Below are positions 10,695 to 19,570 of a DNA stretch of 64,000 nt, in pieces. The stretch lies in assembly GCA_963733035.1 (NCBI GenBank), contig CAVTBU010000005.1, positions 1,152,001-1,216,000 on the forward strand. The letters are read 5' to 3'. Position 1 is the first letter of the stretch. Every line of letters begins with the position of its first letter. Origin of the DNA: Pirellulales bacterium (lineage in GTDB: Bacteria > Planctomycetota > Planctomycetia > Pirellulales > PALSA-1355). The position numbers and the translations under genes are program-made. The notes under the pieces are model-generated. The model did not search any database. It saw only the letters and a list, made by a program, of their open reading frames with translations, and was not told where the DNA came from.

Positions 10695-12141
10695 ATGCGC
10701 ATCGTTTTGTGGGATACGCGAAAGCTGGATGTGGCCAAAGATTTCGCCGGGGGCTACGGCGTCGGCCAATTTCCCGGTGGGGGCGGAGTGGGCGGTCGCC
10801 TCGTTCGTCACTTTTTCAAGCGCGACTACCGACCCACGGCGTTGATCTTCGCCTATCTCGCGGCGATCTTCCGCAAGCTTGGACACAAGGTCGAGTACTG
10901 CGCTCGACGACGTGCCGGCCGGCGCCGACGTGTACGTTTTCAACCCGTCGCTCATCACGGTACCGCTCGAACGTCAGGCAATGGCCCAGGCGCTAGCGCA
11001 AAACCCCGGATGCAAGGTGCTGGTCACCGGGGCGGTCGCGCATTCGATGAGCGAAGCCTTTGAAGGGCTGGACGTGACCATCGTTCGCGGCGAAGGCGAA
11101 CAGCTGATGTGGAAACTGGACGACGTGCTCAATGCCCCCACTCGTACGGTCGACGTCGGGAAAGTGGACGACCTCGATCGCCTGCCGTTCCCCGACTGGT
11201 CTCTGTTTGCACATAAGAAGTTCCGCATCGGGTTTGACTTCACGCAGTTCCCCACCGCGTTGATTCAACAGAGTCGAGGTTGCACCCTGAAGTGCAATTA
11301 TTGCCCGTACATAATCATTGAGAATTCAACCCGCGTTCGCTCGCCCGAAATGGTAGCCGCGGAAATGCGGGCCGGCGTGCAGATCTACGGGTTCCGCTCG
11401 TTCAAGTTTCGCGACCCGTTGTTTGGCGTGGACCGCAAGAAGATCTTCCGGTTGGCCGAATTGATCGGGGCGCTCCCCAAGAAGATCGAGTTTTCGATTG
11501 AAAGCCGCATCGACTTGTTGCGCCCCGACGTGCTCAAGGTATTGCGCGAAGTAGGCCTGACGAGCATCACGGTCGGCATCGAAACGCCTTCGGAAGAGAC
11601 TCTCAAACGTTATCACCGGGCACCGATTCGCGACGACAAACAGCGCGATTTCGTGCTCCTGTGCCGCTCCTTGGGCATTCGCACCGTGGCCGGCTTCATG
11701 ATCGGTTTTCCGGAGGACACGGAGAAGACCATCCTCAACGTTCTCCGCTATGCGAAGGCGGTGAATCCGACATTCGCCAACTTCAACGTCGTGACCCCCT
11801 ACCCCGGCACGGAGTTCTACGAGGAAATCAAGTCGCAAATCGCGACCTTTGATCCATCGCAATACACCGTCTATACGCCGGTGCTGAAGTACCGCAACTT
11901 GACCTCAGAACAAGTGGCCGAACTGCACGCCAAGTGTTTTCTCAGTTACTTCTTCCGTGGACGCTGGTTCTGGGCCAATGGTCCCGTCGTGTGGCCCTGG
12001 TTGCAGAAGTTCGGCCTGAAACTGCCACCGATTCCGGAAACCGCCACGCACGCGCACGTGGGTCCGCCAAAACCGCACACGGGACTGAACGTCCTCGACG
12101 GCGGAGATGTTCCGTCGTCCGACCAGCGTAACGTGGCCTAA
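10695..12141 (+). CDS. Radical SAM protein with B12-binding-like N-terminus (HpnJ/BchE-like); apparent frameshift near 10899
   Basis: MRIVLWDTR start after GAAAGGA; SRGCTLKCNYC (CX3CX2C); VGIET, FMIGFPEDT and TPYPGTEFY. Confidence 0.88.
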
Positions 12142-12153
12142 CCCCGCAGGCTT

Positions 12154-12504
12154 TCAATAGAAGAATGTCGTGCCGATCACGACCAATGCCGCAACCACGG
12201 CAAACCAGGTGATCGACACAGGTGGCGGCTGCTGGCGGAACTTCAGCACGCAGCCCAGCAGCACGAGCGAGAGTACCGCCGCCACGAAACCGCTGAAGTG
12301 CAGCAGCCGCGCGAACAGGCGTGGTGCGTCGGCACCCGGGCGACCGCCGAGGGCCAGGAAAATCAGGCCAGCCATCGCGCCGCAGAGTACGGTCGTGATC
12401 ACCGACATCGTCCAGGCCACCGTTAGCGCATCGGCTGCCCTGGTTTCAGCGCCAATGGCTCGCGATCTTTCCAGCGGCTTTTGCCGCGACTTCTTTCTGG
12501 CCAC
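12154..12504 (-). CDS. Small membrane protein with about 3 TM helices
   Basis: AAGGA RBS and GTG start, a basic N-terminus, then three hydrophobic segments. Confidence 0.65.
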   Translation of the reverse strand: MARKKSRQKPLERSRAIGAETRAADALTVAWTMSVITTVLCGAMAGLIFLALGGRPGADAPRLFARLLHFSGFVAAVLSLVLLGCVLKFRQQPPPVSITWFAVVAALVVIGTTFFY

Positions 12505-12655
12505 AACCGCAGTTTCCTTTGAGAGCGCTCGGTCCCGCCGACTGTCATCATAGGCGCGACGGCGCAAGCTCGCCAAGCGGCACGAAAATGGCCCGCGAAA
12601 CTCAAGTAGCTTCGCGGGCCAGATTGGTACGGGCGACGTGTCGAGGGACGATTGA

Positions 12656-13123
12656 TTAACGTCCCCAGGTGGTGACGATCAGGTCGCCGCAGTGTTTGAA
12701 TGCCACGCGAACGCTGAAACCGCAGCACCATTCGTATTCCACGACGTCGCGGCCCAGAAATCCCGACCCGCAGCAGATTTTCGGCTCGCCCTCGCAGCAG
12801 GCGGGCAAGCAAACCGGCACGTCCGTTTCGCATCCGGTGCAGGGGTCCTTGACCTTGAGCGTGATTTCCGTTGGCGGTTTGCAACAGCCGCAGCAGAGCT
12901 TCGGTCCGCGGTGGCGATAGGTAATGCAAGGTTTCGGGCAGCACGCCGGTTCGGGCGTGCAGCAGCTCGGTTCCGGCTGGCCGCAATCGCTGGTTGCCTT
13001 TGACAGGCTGGTCAACTGGGCATCCGCGCGGCGCAGGGTGCGGGCATGGGCATCGTCAGCAGCGGCCCAGGCGAGCGTGGCACCTACGGCGACGGCGATC
13101 AACAAACTTCGTTTCAGCAACAT
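12656..13123 (-). CDS. Secreted cysteine-rich protein (20 Cys, 7 CC pairs)
   Basis: AGGAG RBS; signal peptide MLLKRSLLIAVAVGATLAWAAA; mature region includes CCTPEPACCPKPC...CCGCC...VPVCLPACC...EWCCGF. Confidence 0.8.
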   Translation of the reverse strand: MLLKRSLLIAVAVGATLAWAAADDAHARTLRRADAQLTSLSKATSDCGQPEPSCCTPEPACCPKPCITYRHRGPKLCCGCCKPPTEITLKVKDPCTGCETDVPVCLPACCEGEPKICCGSGFLGRDVVEYEWCCGFSVRVAFKHCGDLIVTTWGR

Positions 13124-13513
13124 CGATGTCTCCTAAGTCTTTCTCTCTCTTGGCAAGATCCGTTTACCGCCTCAATCGGTTACCCACAAAGTTCCCACAT
13201 TTTCTGTTTTCCGCAAGGTCCTCCCAAGTCCCGCAATCGACTCATCAAGCACAACGTCTTTCTAGAAAATAGCTTACTGCCGTCGTTGGGCGTTAATTTT
13301 GTCCTTGCTGGAACTTGCAAGTCCGGCTTGTTAGGGGGCAGTGAGGACGACTTTTGCCGAGTTCTGGGATGTGACCTAGATTTCCCAAGGCGGCGCCACG
13401 CTCCGCGCACGTCTGGACGGGGGCCGCCGTGCGCCAGGTCTCATTTCCCCGTGGGCGGATGCTATGGCGGCAAAACTCGCGTTGTCGCCCTTGATGAAGC
13501 ATTGGGTTTGAAT

Positions 13514-16039
13514 GTGTCGGTCGACCTCTCAATACCGCTGAAAGCCTTTGGACGCCCGTTGGAGGAGTCGATCCGCGAGTTGCGCCGCGGCTACCAGTCG
13601 GTGACGGATTGCCTGGAGCAGGCCCTGACCGACTGCGAGCTCCGAGGCAGCGAATTGGCCGATTGCCGACGGCAGCTGGCCGAGGCACGTCGCAGTCTGT
13701 CGGAATGCGAACGGCAAATTGCCGAGCGAACGCGCGCGGAAAACGAATTGACCAACCGTTGCAACGCGATCAAGAAGCAACTTGACGAGAAGTGCGCGCA
13801 ACTGGCCCAGGCGAACGAGCGAATCATCCACATTCAGGGCGAGTGCACGCAAGGGAAACAGCGGCTGGAAATGGCCGCCGAACAAAGCGAACACCTGCGG
13901 GCACAGATTGCTCGCCTGGAAGCCGACCACCGCGAGAGTCGCGAAGAGCTTTCACAACTTCGAGGTCAGTTTGCCCCGTTGGCCGAAGCCGCCGCAGAAG
14001 CAGCCCAGTTGCGCGGCCAGCTAGCCGCCGCGCAGGCCGACTTGGAGCGACTCCGCGAACAATCGGCCAATGCCAGCGACAACGGCGAACTCCAGACGCA
14101 ACTCGCGGCGGCTCAATCCGAACGCCAGGATCTTCACCAGGAGCTCGAATCACTGCGGCGCCGCGCCGCCGAATTGAACGAAACGCTTGCCGAACAGAAA
14201 CGCCAGTCCGACGCCGAACGGGACCGTTGGAGCGAGGAACTGCGGCACATGCGGCAAGTTCTGGAACGGCAAACCGACGCCTGGACACAGCGCGCCACAC
14301 AGGCCGCCGACGACGCGGCAGCGTTGGCCGCAACCCGCGAGCGACTCGCACAAGCCGAAGCGGAAATTGCTCAAGGCAAAGAACGCCTGCAAGTCCAGTC
14401 GGAACAGGGCGACGAGTTCCGCCAGGAAATCACACGGCTCGAGTCGCAACGTGAGTCCGCCAGAGAAGAACTCGCGCAATTGCGGGCGCAATTCGGTCCC
14501 CTTTCGGAAAACGCGGCTGAAGCGGCGCGGTTGCGTGGCGAACTGGCGGCGGCACAGACCGAAATCGCGCGGCTCCGCGACGAATTGACCAGTCCGGCCG
14601 AGGCGGCGGAGCTGCAAGAAAAGCTGTTCTCGATGCAGAACGAGCGGCAGCAATTGCAAGGCGAGTTGGAATCGCTGCGCCGCCGGGCCGGCGACCTCTC
14701 GGACGCCCTGGACGAACAAAAGCGGCTGACCACGACGGAACGTGAGCAATGGAGCGACGAGCTGCGACACGTCCGTGAATCGCTCGACCGGCAGTCGGCG
14801 GCGTGGGCCGAAAGGGGCGATCAGACGGCTCACGACGCGCAGGCCCTGGCCGCGGCCCGCGAACGTGCGATCCAACTCGAGGCCGATATCGCCCAGGCGC
14901 ACGACCGGCTGCAACTCCAGACGGAACAAAACTCGCAACTTCGCGAAGAGATTGCCCGACTCGAATCGCATCGTGAAGCGGCTCGTGAAGAGCTGTCGCA
15001 GCTCCGCGGTCAGTTTGCGCCGCTCGCGGAAAACGCCGCCGAGGCCGCCCGGTTGCGCGGCGAACTGTCGGCAGCGCAGGGAGAAATCGAGCGGTTGCGG
15101 GCGCAGGTCAGCAGCCCGGCGGAAGCGGCGGAAATCGAACAGCAACTCGCGGCCAGCCAAACCGAACGTCAGCACTTGCAGGGCGAACTGGAAGCCTTGC
15201 GCCAGCGTGCCGGCGACCTGGCGGAGCAATTGGCCGAACAGCAACGGCAGGCGGCCGCCGAACGAGACGCCTGGGGGGAAGAGCTGCGGCATCTTCGCGA
15301 AACGCTGGAGCGGCAGTCGGAAACCTGGGCGGCTCGATCGGGCCAGGCCGACGACACGGCCGCCGTCGTCGAATTGGCAGCGACCGCCGCCCGGCTCAAC
15401 GAGGCTCAATCCGAGTTGGCCCGAAGCCGCCAACAGTTGCAGGAGCAAATTGCCGCCAACGACCAACTACGCAGCGAAATCGAGGCGTTACGGGCCAACG
15501 GACAGGCCGCGCAACAGGAGCTTGACCAACTGCGCGGGCAAGCAGCGCCGCTGGCCGAAGACGGCGCGGACAGCGAAACAGTGCGCGGCCAGTTGGCTGC
15601 CGCGCAGGCGGAAATTGCGAGACTCAACGAGCAGCTTGTCGACCTGCCGGACAGGGACTCGCTAGAAGAACGCATCGAGGCAGCCGAAAACGAACGCCAA
15701 CAACTCGAGAACGAGCTCGATCTGCTGCGACATCGCGGCGCGGAATTGGTTGAGCAGTTGGCCGAGCAAAAACGGACGGCGGCATCCGAGCGGGAGAGTT
15801 GGAGCGAGGAATTGCGCCAATTGCGGAAGGCCGTGGAAATGCAGTCCGAGGCGCTTGCCCATCGCGGCAGCGCGTCGCCGGCCGCGCCCGCTGCCCCAGT
15901 CGGAAACGTAACGGAACGACCAAGTCCGCCGACCCCGGTCGGATCGCGTGCGGACGACAGCGTGCTTGGCTCGGTGATGGAGCAGTTTGAGTCGCTACAG
16001 AAAAACAAGGTTCGCAAGTTCGCGAATCCAAAACGATAA
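13514..16039 (+). CDS. Long coiled-coil protein with four ~174-aa internal repeats
   Basis: E/Q/R/A/L heptad composition with recurring QLRGQFAPLAE and W(S/G)(E/D)ELR(H/Q) motifs. The start (GTG at 13514) is uncertain. Confidence 0.85.
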   Translation: MSVDLSIPLKAFGRPLEESIRELRRGYQSVTDCLEQALTDCELRGSELADCRRQLAEARRSLSECERQIAERTRAENELTNRCNAIKKQLDEKCAQLAQANERIIHIQGECTQGKQRLEMAAEQSEHLRAQIARLEADHRESREELSQLRGQFAPLAEAAAEAAQLRGQLAAAQADLERLREQSANASDNGELQTQLAAAQSERQDLHQELESLRRRAAELNETLAEQKRQSDAERDRWSEELRHMRQVLERQTDAWTQRATQAADDAAALAATRERLAQAEAEIAQGKERLQVQSEQGDEFRQEITRLESQRESAREELAQLRAQFGPLSENAAEAARLRGELAAAQTEIARLRDELTSPAEAAELQEKLFSMQNERQQLQGELESLRRRAGDLSDALDEQKRLTTTEREQWSDELRHVRESLDRQSAAWAERGDQTAHDAQALAAARERAIQLEADIAQAHDRLQLQTEQNSQLREEIARLESHREAAREELSQLRGQFAPLAENAAEAARLRGELSAAQGEIERLRAQVSSPAEAAEIEQQLAASQTERQHLQGELEALRQRAGDLAEQLAEQQRQAAAERDAWGEELRHLRETLERQSETWAARSGQADDTAAVVELAATAARLNEAQSELARSRQQLQEQIAANDQLRSEIEALRANGQAAQQELDQLRGQAAPLAEDGADSETVRGQLAAAQAEIARLNEQLVDLPDRDSLEERIEAAENERQQLENELDLLRHRGAELVEQLAEQKRTAASERESWSEELRQLRKAVEMQSEALAHRGSASPAAPAAPVGNVTERPSPPTPVGSRADDSVLGSVMEQFESLQKNKVRKFANPKR
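13800..15860 (+). repeat. Four degenerate intragenic tandem repeats, period 522/522/528 bp
   Basis: The TGG codon of the W-x-(E/D)-ELR motif falls at 14228, 14750, 15272 and 15800. Confidence 0.9.
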
Positions 16040-16075
16040 GGCGCCGTCCCCAAATCAGGCGAGAGTGAGGCAACC

Positions 16076-17233
16076 ATGCGATCAAGCGACTCCACCAGTC
16101 ACACCAATCTTCTGTCGCGACTGCCGGAATGGTTCGGCGGTCTGCTGGCGACCGCCTCGGGAGCCACCCGGGCCAGGAAGCACGACGAGGCGGCGCTCGA
16201 AGCCGCGGTCGTGGCGGCGGTTGAACAGGATGACGAATCACCGATGACGATTGAAACCAGTCACGAAGTACAAAGCGTGGTCGACGAAATGCTCTCGCAA
16301 AGTCGCTACGCGCTGCTTCTGCGACCACAGTTGATCGGCAACCTTTCTCCGGAACAGTTGGCCCGCACGCGTGCCGCATTGGCCGACGGGATGTGCCTGG
16401 TTCCCGAGGGGGAGGTCGTGCTTCGTAAAACCTATCGGACCGAAGGCGACCAAGAGGCGCCTGACGGTCCCCTCTTGCGACTCAACGCCTACTATCTCGA
16501 CCGCTATCCCATCACCAACGCTCAGTACCACTGCTTTGTCGCCAGCGGCGGATATGAGCAGATGTCGATCTGGGATCCGGAGATTTGGGCCGCCCTGCTC
16601 GACTTCGTCGACAGCACGGGTCACCCGGGCCCGCGTTTTTGGCGCAACGGCCGCTTCTCCCGCGGCGAAGAACATCACCCCGTGGTGGGCGTGAGCTGGT
16701 ACGAGGCGGTCGCCTACGCTCGCTGGGTCGGCAAGCGACTGCCGAGCGACGCCGAATGGGTCAAAGCGAGCAGTTGGCCGGTCTTGATTCCCGGACATCC
16801 CCTGATGCTCAGGCGGTATCCGTGGGGCGAGGCCATGGACCGCTCGCGGGCGAATTTGTGGGGTTCGGGCCCGGGACGCACCGTAAGCGTTCACGAGTTT
16901 CCCAGTGGCGTTAGCGTCGGTGGCGTGCAGCAACTCATTGGCAACGTCTGGGAATGGACGGTCGACGCGTTTTCGTTCCCCGATAGCGACGCGGGCGCCA
17001 GCGTACAAACCAAAATGAAGAGTCTGCGGGGCGGGGCGTTCGATACGTATCTCGATTGCCAGGCAACGTGTCACTTTCAGAGTGCGGACGTCGCACTTTC
17101 GCGGAAACACAACATTGGTTTCCGCTGCGCGATTAATCTTAGCGACCTGGCTTCGCGGCGCGACGATGTCAATGAGGAGTCGAGCGCGGCGGAAGAACCG
17201 TCGCAAACCCCGATTGCGGAGAACCAGTCATGA
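16076..17233 (+). CDS. FGE-sulfatase (SUMF1/formylglycine-generating enzyme fold) domain protein
   Basis: YPITNAQY, HPVVGVSWYEAVAYARWVGKRLPSDAEW, RYPWG, GNVWEW, RGGAF and NIGFRC. Confidence 0.92.
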   Translation: MRSSDSTSHTNLLSRLPEWFGGLLATASGATRARKHDEAALEAAVVAAVEQDDESPMTIETSHEVQSVVDEMLSQSRYALLLRPQLIGNLSPEQLARTRAALADGMCLVPEGEVVLRKTYRTEGDQEAPDGPLLRLNAYYLDRYPITNAQYHCFVASGGYEQMSIWDPEIWAALLDFVDSTGHPGPRFWRNGRFSRGEEHHPVVGVSWYEAVAYARWVGKRLPSDAEWVKASSWPVLIPGHPLMLRRYPWGEAMDRSRANLWGSGPGRTVSVHEFPSGVSVGGVQQLIGNVWEWTVDAFSFPDSDAGASVQTKMKSLRGGAFDTYLDCQATCHFQSADVALSRKHNIGFRCAINLSDLASRRDDVNEESSAAEEPSQTPIAENQS

Positions 17234-18141
17234 ACCGCGGCGTTGCATTGGAATTGGATTCACTGCGTCTGGCGCATTATGGCAACCAGATTTCGTGCCT
17301 GATTTGTGGCGAGGGCAACACGCCCGACGCGGAGTCCTGCCGGAACTGCTATGCCCCGATGATTCTGGCTCACCAGGCGCAATCGAAGGCCACCAAGCCC
17401 ATCATGTTTGGTGCGCTGGGACCGAGCGGTGTCGGCAAGACCGTCTATTTAGGAATGTTGCTCGACATGCTCTCACGGCAGCCCAAGCACTTGCAATTGG
17501 CGGCCCGGGGCGGGTTTTCGGTAACGCTTCAGCACAGCACGCTGGCGGCGCTTTCCAAGTGCGAGTTTCCGACGAAGACGCCGAATGAACCGGACCGCTG
17601 GAATTGGGTGCATTGTCAACTGCGCAGCCCCAAACAGCGCCAGCCCATTGAAATGGTGCTTCCCGACATGGCCGGCGAGGCGTTGTTCGAGGAAGTCGAA
17701 CATCCGCATTCCTATCGGGTGATTCACGCGCTGCTCAGCCGCTGCGACGGCGTGATGATTTTGATCGACGGCACAAAACTGCAGTCGGGCTCGATCGATG
17801 AGGATTACTTCACCATGAAGCTCCTCAGCCATCTGACGGAGCTACAGACCGACATCCGAAATCCGTGGTCTTCGCGGCCGGTGGCACTGATCTTCAGCAA
17901 AGCAGATCAATGCGAATCGTGCTTCGAGGACCCGGCCGCCTACGCGAAGCGCCATGCACCCGGATTGTCGCGCATTTGCCAGCAGAAGTTTCAGCGTCAC
18001 CGCTTTTTTGCGGCGGGAGTTGCCGGAGCGTGCGCCACTCGCCCCGTGCGCGGAGGCGGACAGCAAAAGGTTCCGCTTCGCGTCGAGCCTCGAGGAATCA
18101 TCGAGCCGTTTGAATGGCTCGTCGACAGCTTGCGTTCGTAA
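17230..18141 (+). CDS. TRAFAC-class P-loop GTPase (double-GTPase-2-like) with N-terminal Zn ribbon
   Basis: CLIC...CRNC; G1 GPSGVGKT; G3 DMAGE; G4 SKAD; C-terminal PRGIIEPFEWL. ATGA overlap with the upstream gene. Confidence 0.85.
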   Translation: MNRGVALELDSLRLAHYGNQISCLICGEGNTPDAESCRNCYAPMILAHQAQSKATKPIMFGALGPSGVGKTVYLGMLLDMLSRQPKHLQLAARGGFSVTLQHSTLAALSKCEFPTKTPNEPDRWNWVHCQLRSPKQRQPIEMVLPDMAGEALFEEVEHPHSYRVIHALLSRCDGVMILIDGTKLQSGSIDEDYFTMKLLSHLTELQTDIRNPWSSRPVALIFSKADQCESCFEDPAAYAKRHAPGLSRICQQKFQRHRFFAAGVAGACATRPVRGGGQQKVPLRVEPRGIIEPFEWLVDSLRS

Positions 18142-18195
18142 CTTGCGTGGTCAGACCGATGCATACGTTTTTGACTCGCCGGGACTGGCCCGACG

Positions 18196-19566
18196 GTGAG
18201 CCGACGCCGAGACAGACCTTCAGCGAGACAGCCCGTGCTTATAGAACAAGCCGTTTTCACATCCGCCAAAACCGACCGGGCCGAAGGCTACCAACTGCTG
18301 AGTCGGAGCCCGAACCTCACCGAGGCCGACGCGCGCGAGATATCCTTGTGGGCCCCGTCGCACGGTTCGCTGCTCGAACTGCCGGGCGAACGCTCGAGCG
18401 CGAATTTCTTTCAATTGTCGAGCGGTTCGTTTTGCATCTCGCGGACGACCCGCGCCGGCGCGGAGTATAGCGGTCGCGGCGAATCGATCTACACGCAGTT
18501 CCTGGTCGTACCGCCGGACTTGATGACGAAGTTTGCGAACAATCCATTTGCAATTCTGCGAGCCGCGGCGGCCAGCGGCAGTCTCTGCGTCCACGAGAAC
18601 GTTCCTGAGACGCTCGATCCGCTGCACTTGGGCGGCCGAGCGCCGGTCGTCGACTTGGGGCTGATTGCGCAGCTGGCCCGCGATCCTGGTCCGGCCGCCA
18701 TGGCCACGCTCGTGCAAGCGGCGTTGGCCAGCGATCGCCTGGCGATCTATTCGAAAACGCCGTGTGAACAGCTGATCGCGGGACTGTTTGACGTGCTGCC
18801 GGTCGAATGTCGCCCCGGCTTTTCGTTCAGCACGGGTCTGAAATATTCGCCCAGCCGTCCGGTTCGATTGCTGGCCCTGCCGCCTGATGAATCAACGTGG
18901 CGCTTCGTGGGTCGCCAGGGCGTCACGCTGGTGCGTCTCGACGACGTGTTGTCGACAAATGTTGGTTGGGAAGGCTGGGCCGCCTGGATCGCGGGGGTTC
19001 TTCATTCGGGAAAACTCTCCGTGCTGGCCTCGGAGCTCGAGCAATCGCGCCCTGGGCTCAGTTGCGACGATTTGGATCAGCTAGGCGATGCATTGCAAAG
19101 GGCACTGGGGGCAGGCCACGCCCAGCCGAACCCTGGGTCCAAGCCAAAGCCTGCCAAACCGGCACGCAAAAAGCGTCGCACGGACACCCACTCGCAACAG
19201 CGCGCCGACCAGGCTCATCCGGCGCATCAGTCGAGCGTGATGGTCGAAGACGCGGGGCGAGCCAAGCAGCTGGATACGCTGGCGGACAAGTTGGCCGAAC
19301 AGCCGGCCGAAATCCTGGAGATGCTCGAACGAATCGACGACCTGGTATTCGCCGCCATCTCCGGAGACACCAGCGCATTGGCGGAACTGGAAGTGCTGTG
19401 GCCCCTGACCGCTTCGGAACTCGAGCCCGAGCTGGTTGAGCAAACCCGCGAACAGTACCTGCGTTGTACGCTGGCCATCTGCGGCGACTTCTCGGAAGGA
19501 GAATCGCGCAGCCCGGAACGAGCATTGGCGGCGGTCGACGTGCTGTGCGTACTGTTTGAGGAATGA
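18196..19566 (+). CDS. GAP1-N2-like domain protein (GTPase-associated protein) with C-terminal helical domain
   Basis: EQAVFTSA...GYQLLSRSP...SRTT..GAEYSGRG..IYTQ and later LPVECRPGFSFSTG, matching the GAP1-N2/GAP1-M pattern as recalled; adjacent to the GTPase. Confidence 0.75.
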   Translation: MSRRRDRPSARQPVLIEQAVFTSAKTDRAEGYQLLSRSPNLTEADAREISLWAPSHGSLLELPGERSSANFFQLSSGSFCISRTTRAGAEYSGRGESIYTQFLVVPPDLMTKFANNPFAILRAAAASGSLCVHENVPETLDPLHLGGRAPVVDLGLIAQLARDPGPAAMATLVQAALASDRLAIYSKTPCEQLIAGLFDVLPVECRPGFSFSTGLKYSPSRPVRLLALPPDESTWRFVGRQGVTLVRLDDVLSTNVGWEGWAAWIAGVLHSGKLSVLASELEQSRPGLSCDDLDQLGDALQRALGAGHAQPNPGSKPKPAKPARKKRRTDTHSQQRADQAHPAHQSSVMVEDAGRAKQLDTLADKLAEQPAEILEMLERIDDLVFAAISGDTSALAELEVLWPLTASELEPELVEQTREQYLRCTLAICGDFSEGESRSPERALAAVDVLCVLFEE

Positions 19567-19570
19567 GCCG

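Noticed and set aside
13046..13513. 156-aa N-terminal extension of the coiled-coil ORF
   Set aside because: It overlaps the divergent gene's start and promoter region and does not look protein-like. A start near 13514 is more plausible.
16076..17233. FGE/C-type-lectin protein as a diversity-generating retroelement target
   Set aside because: No reverse transcriptase and no template-repeat copy of its 3' end in the window.
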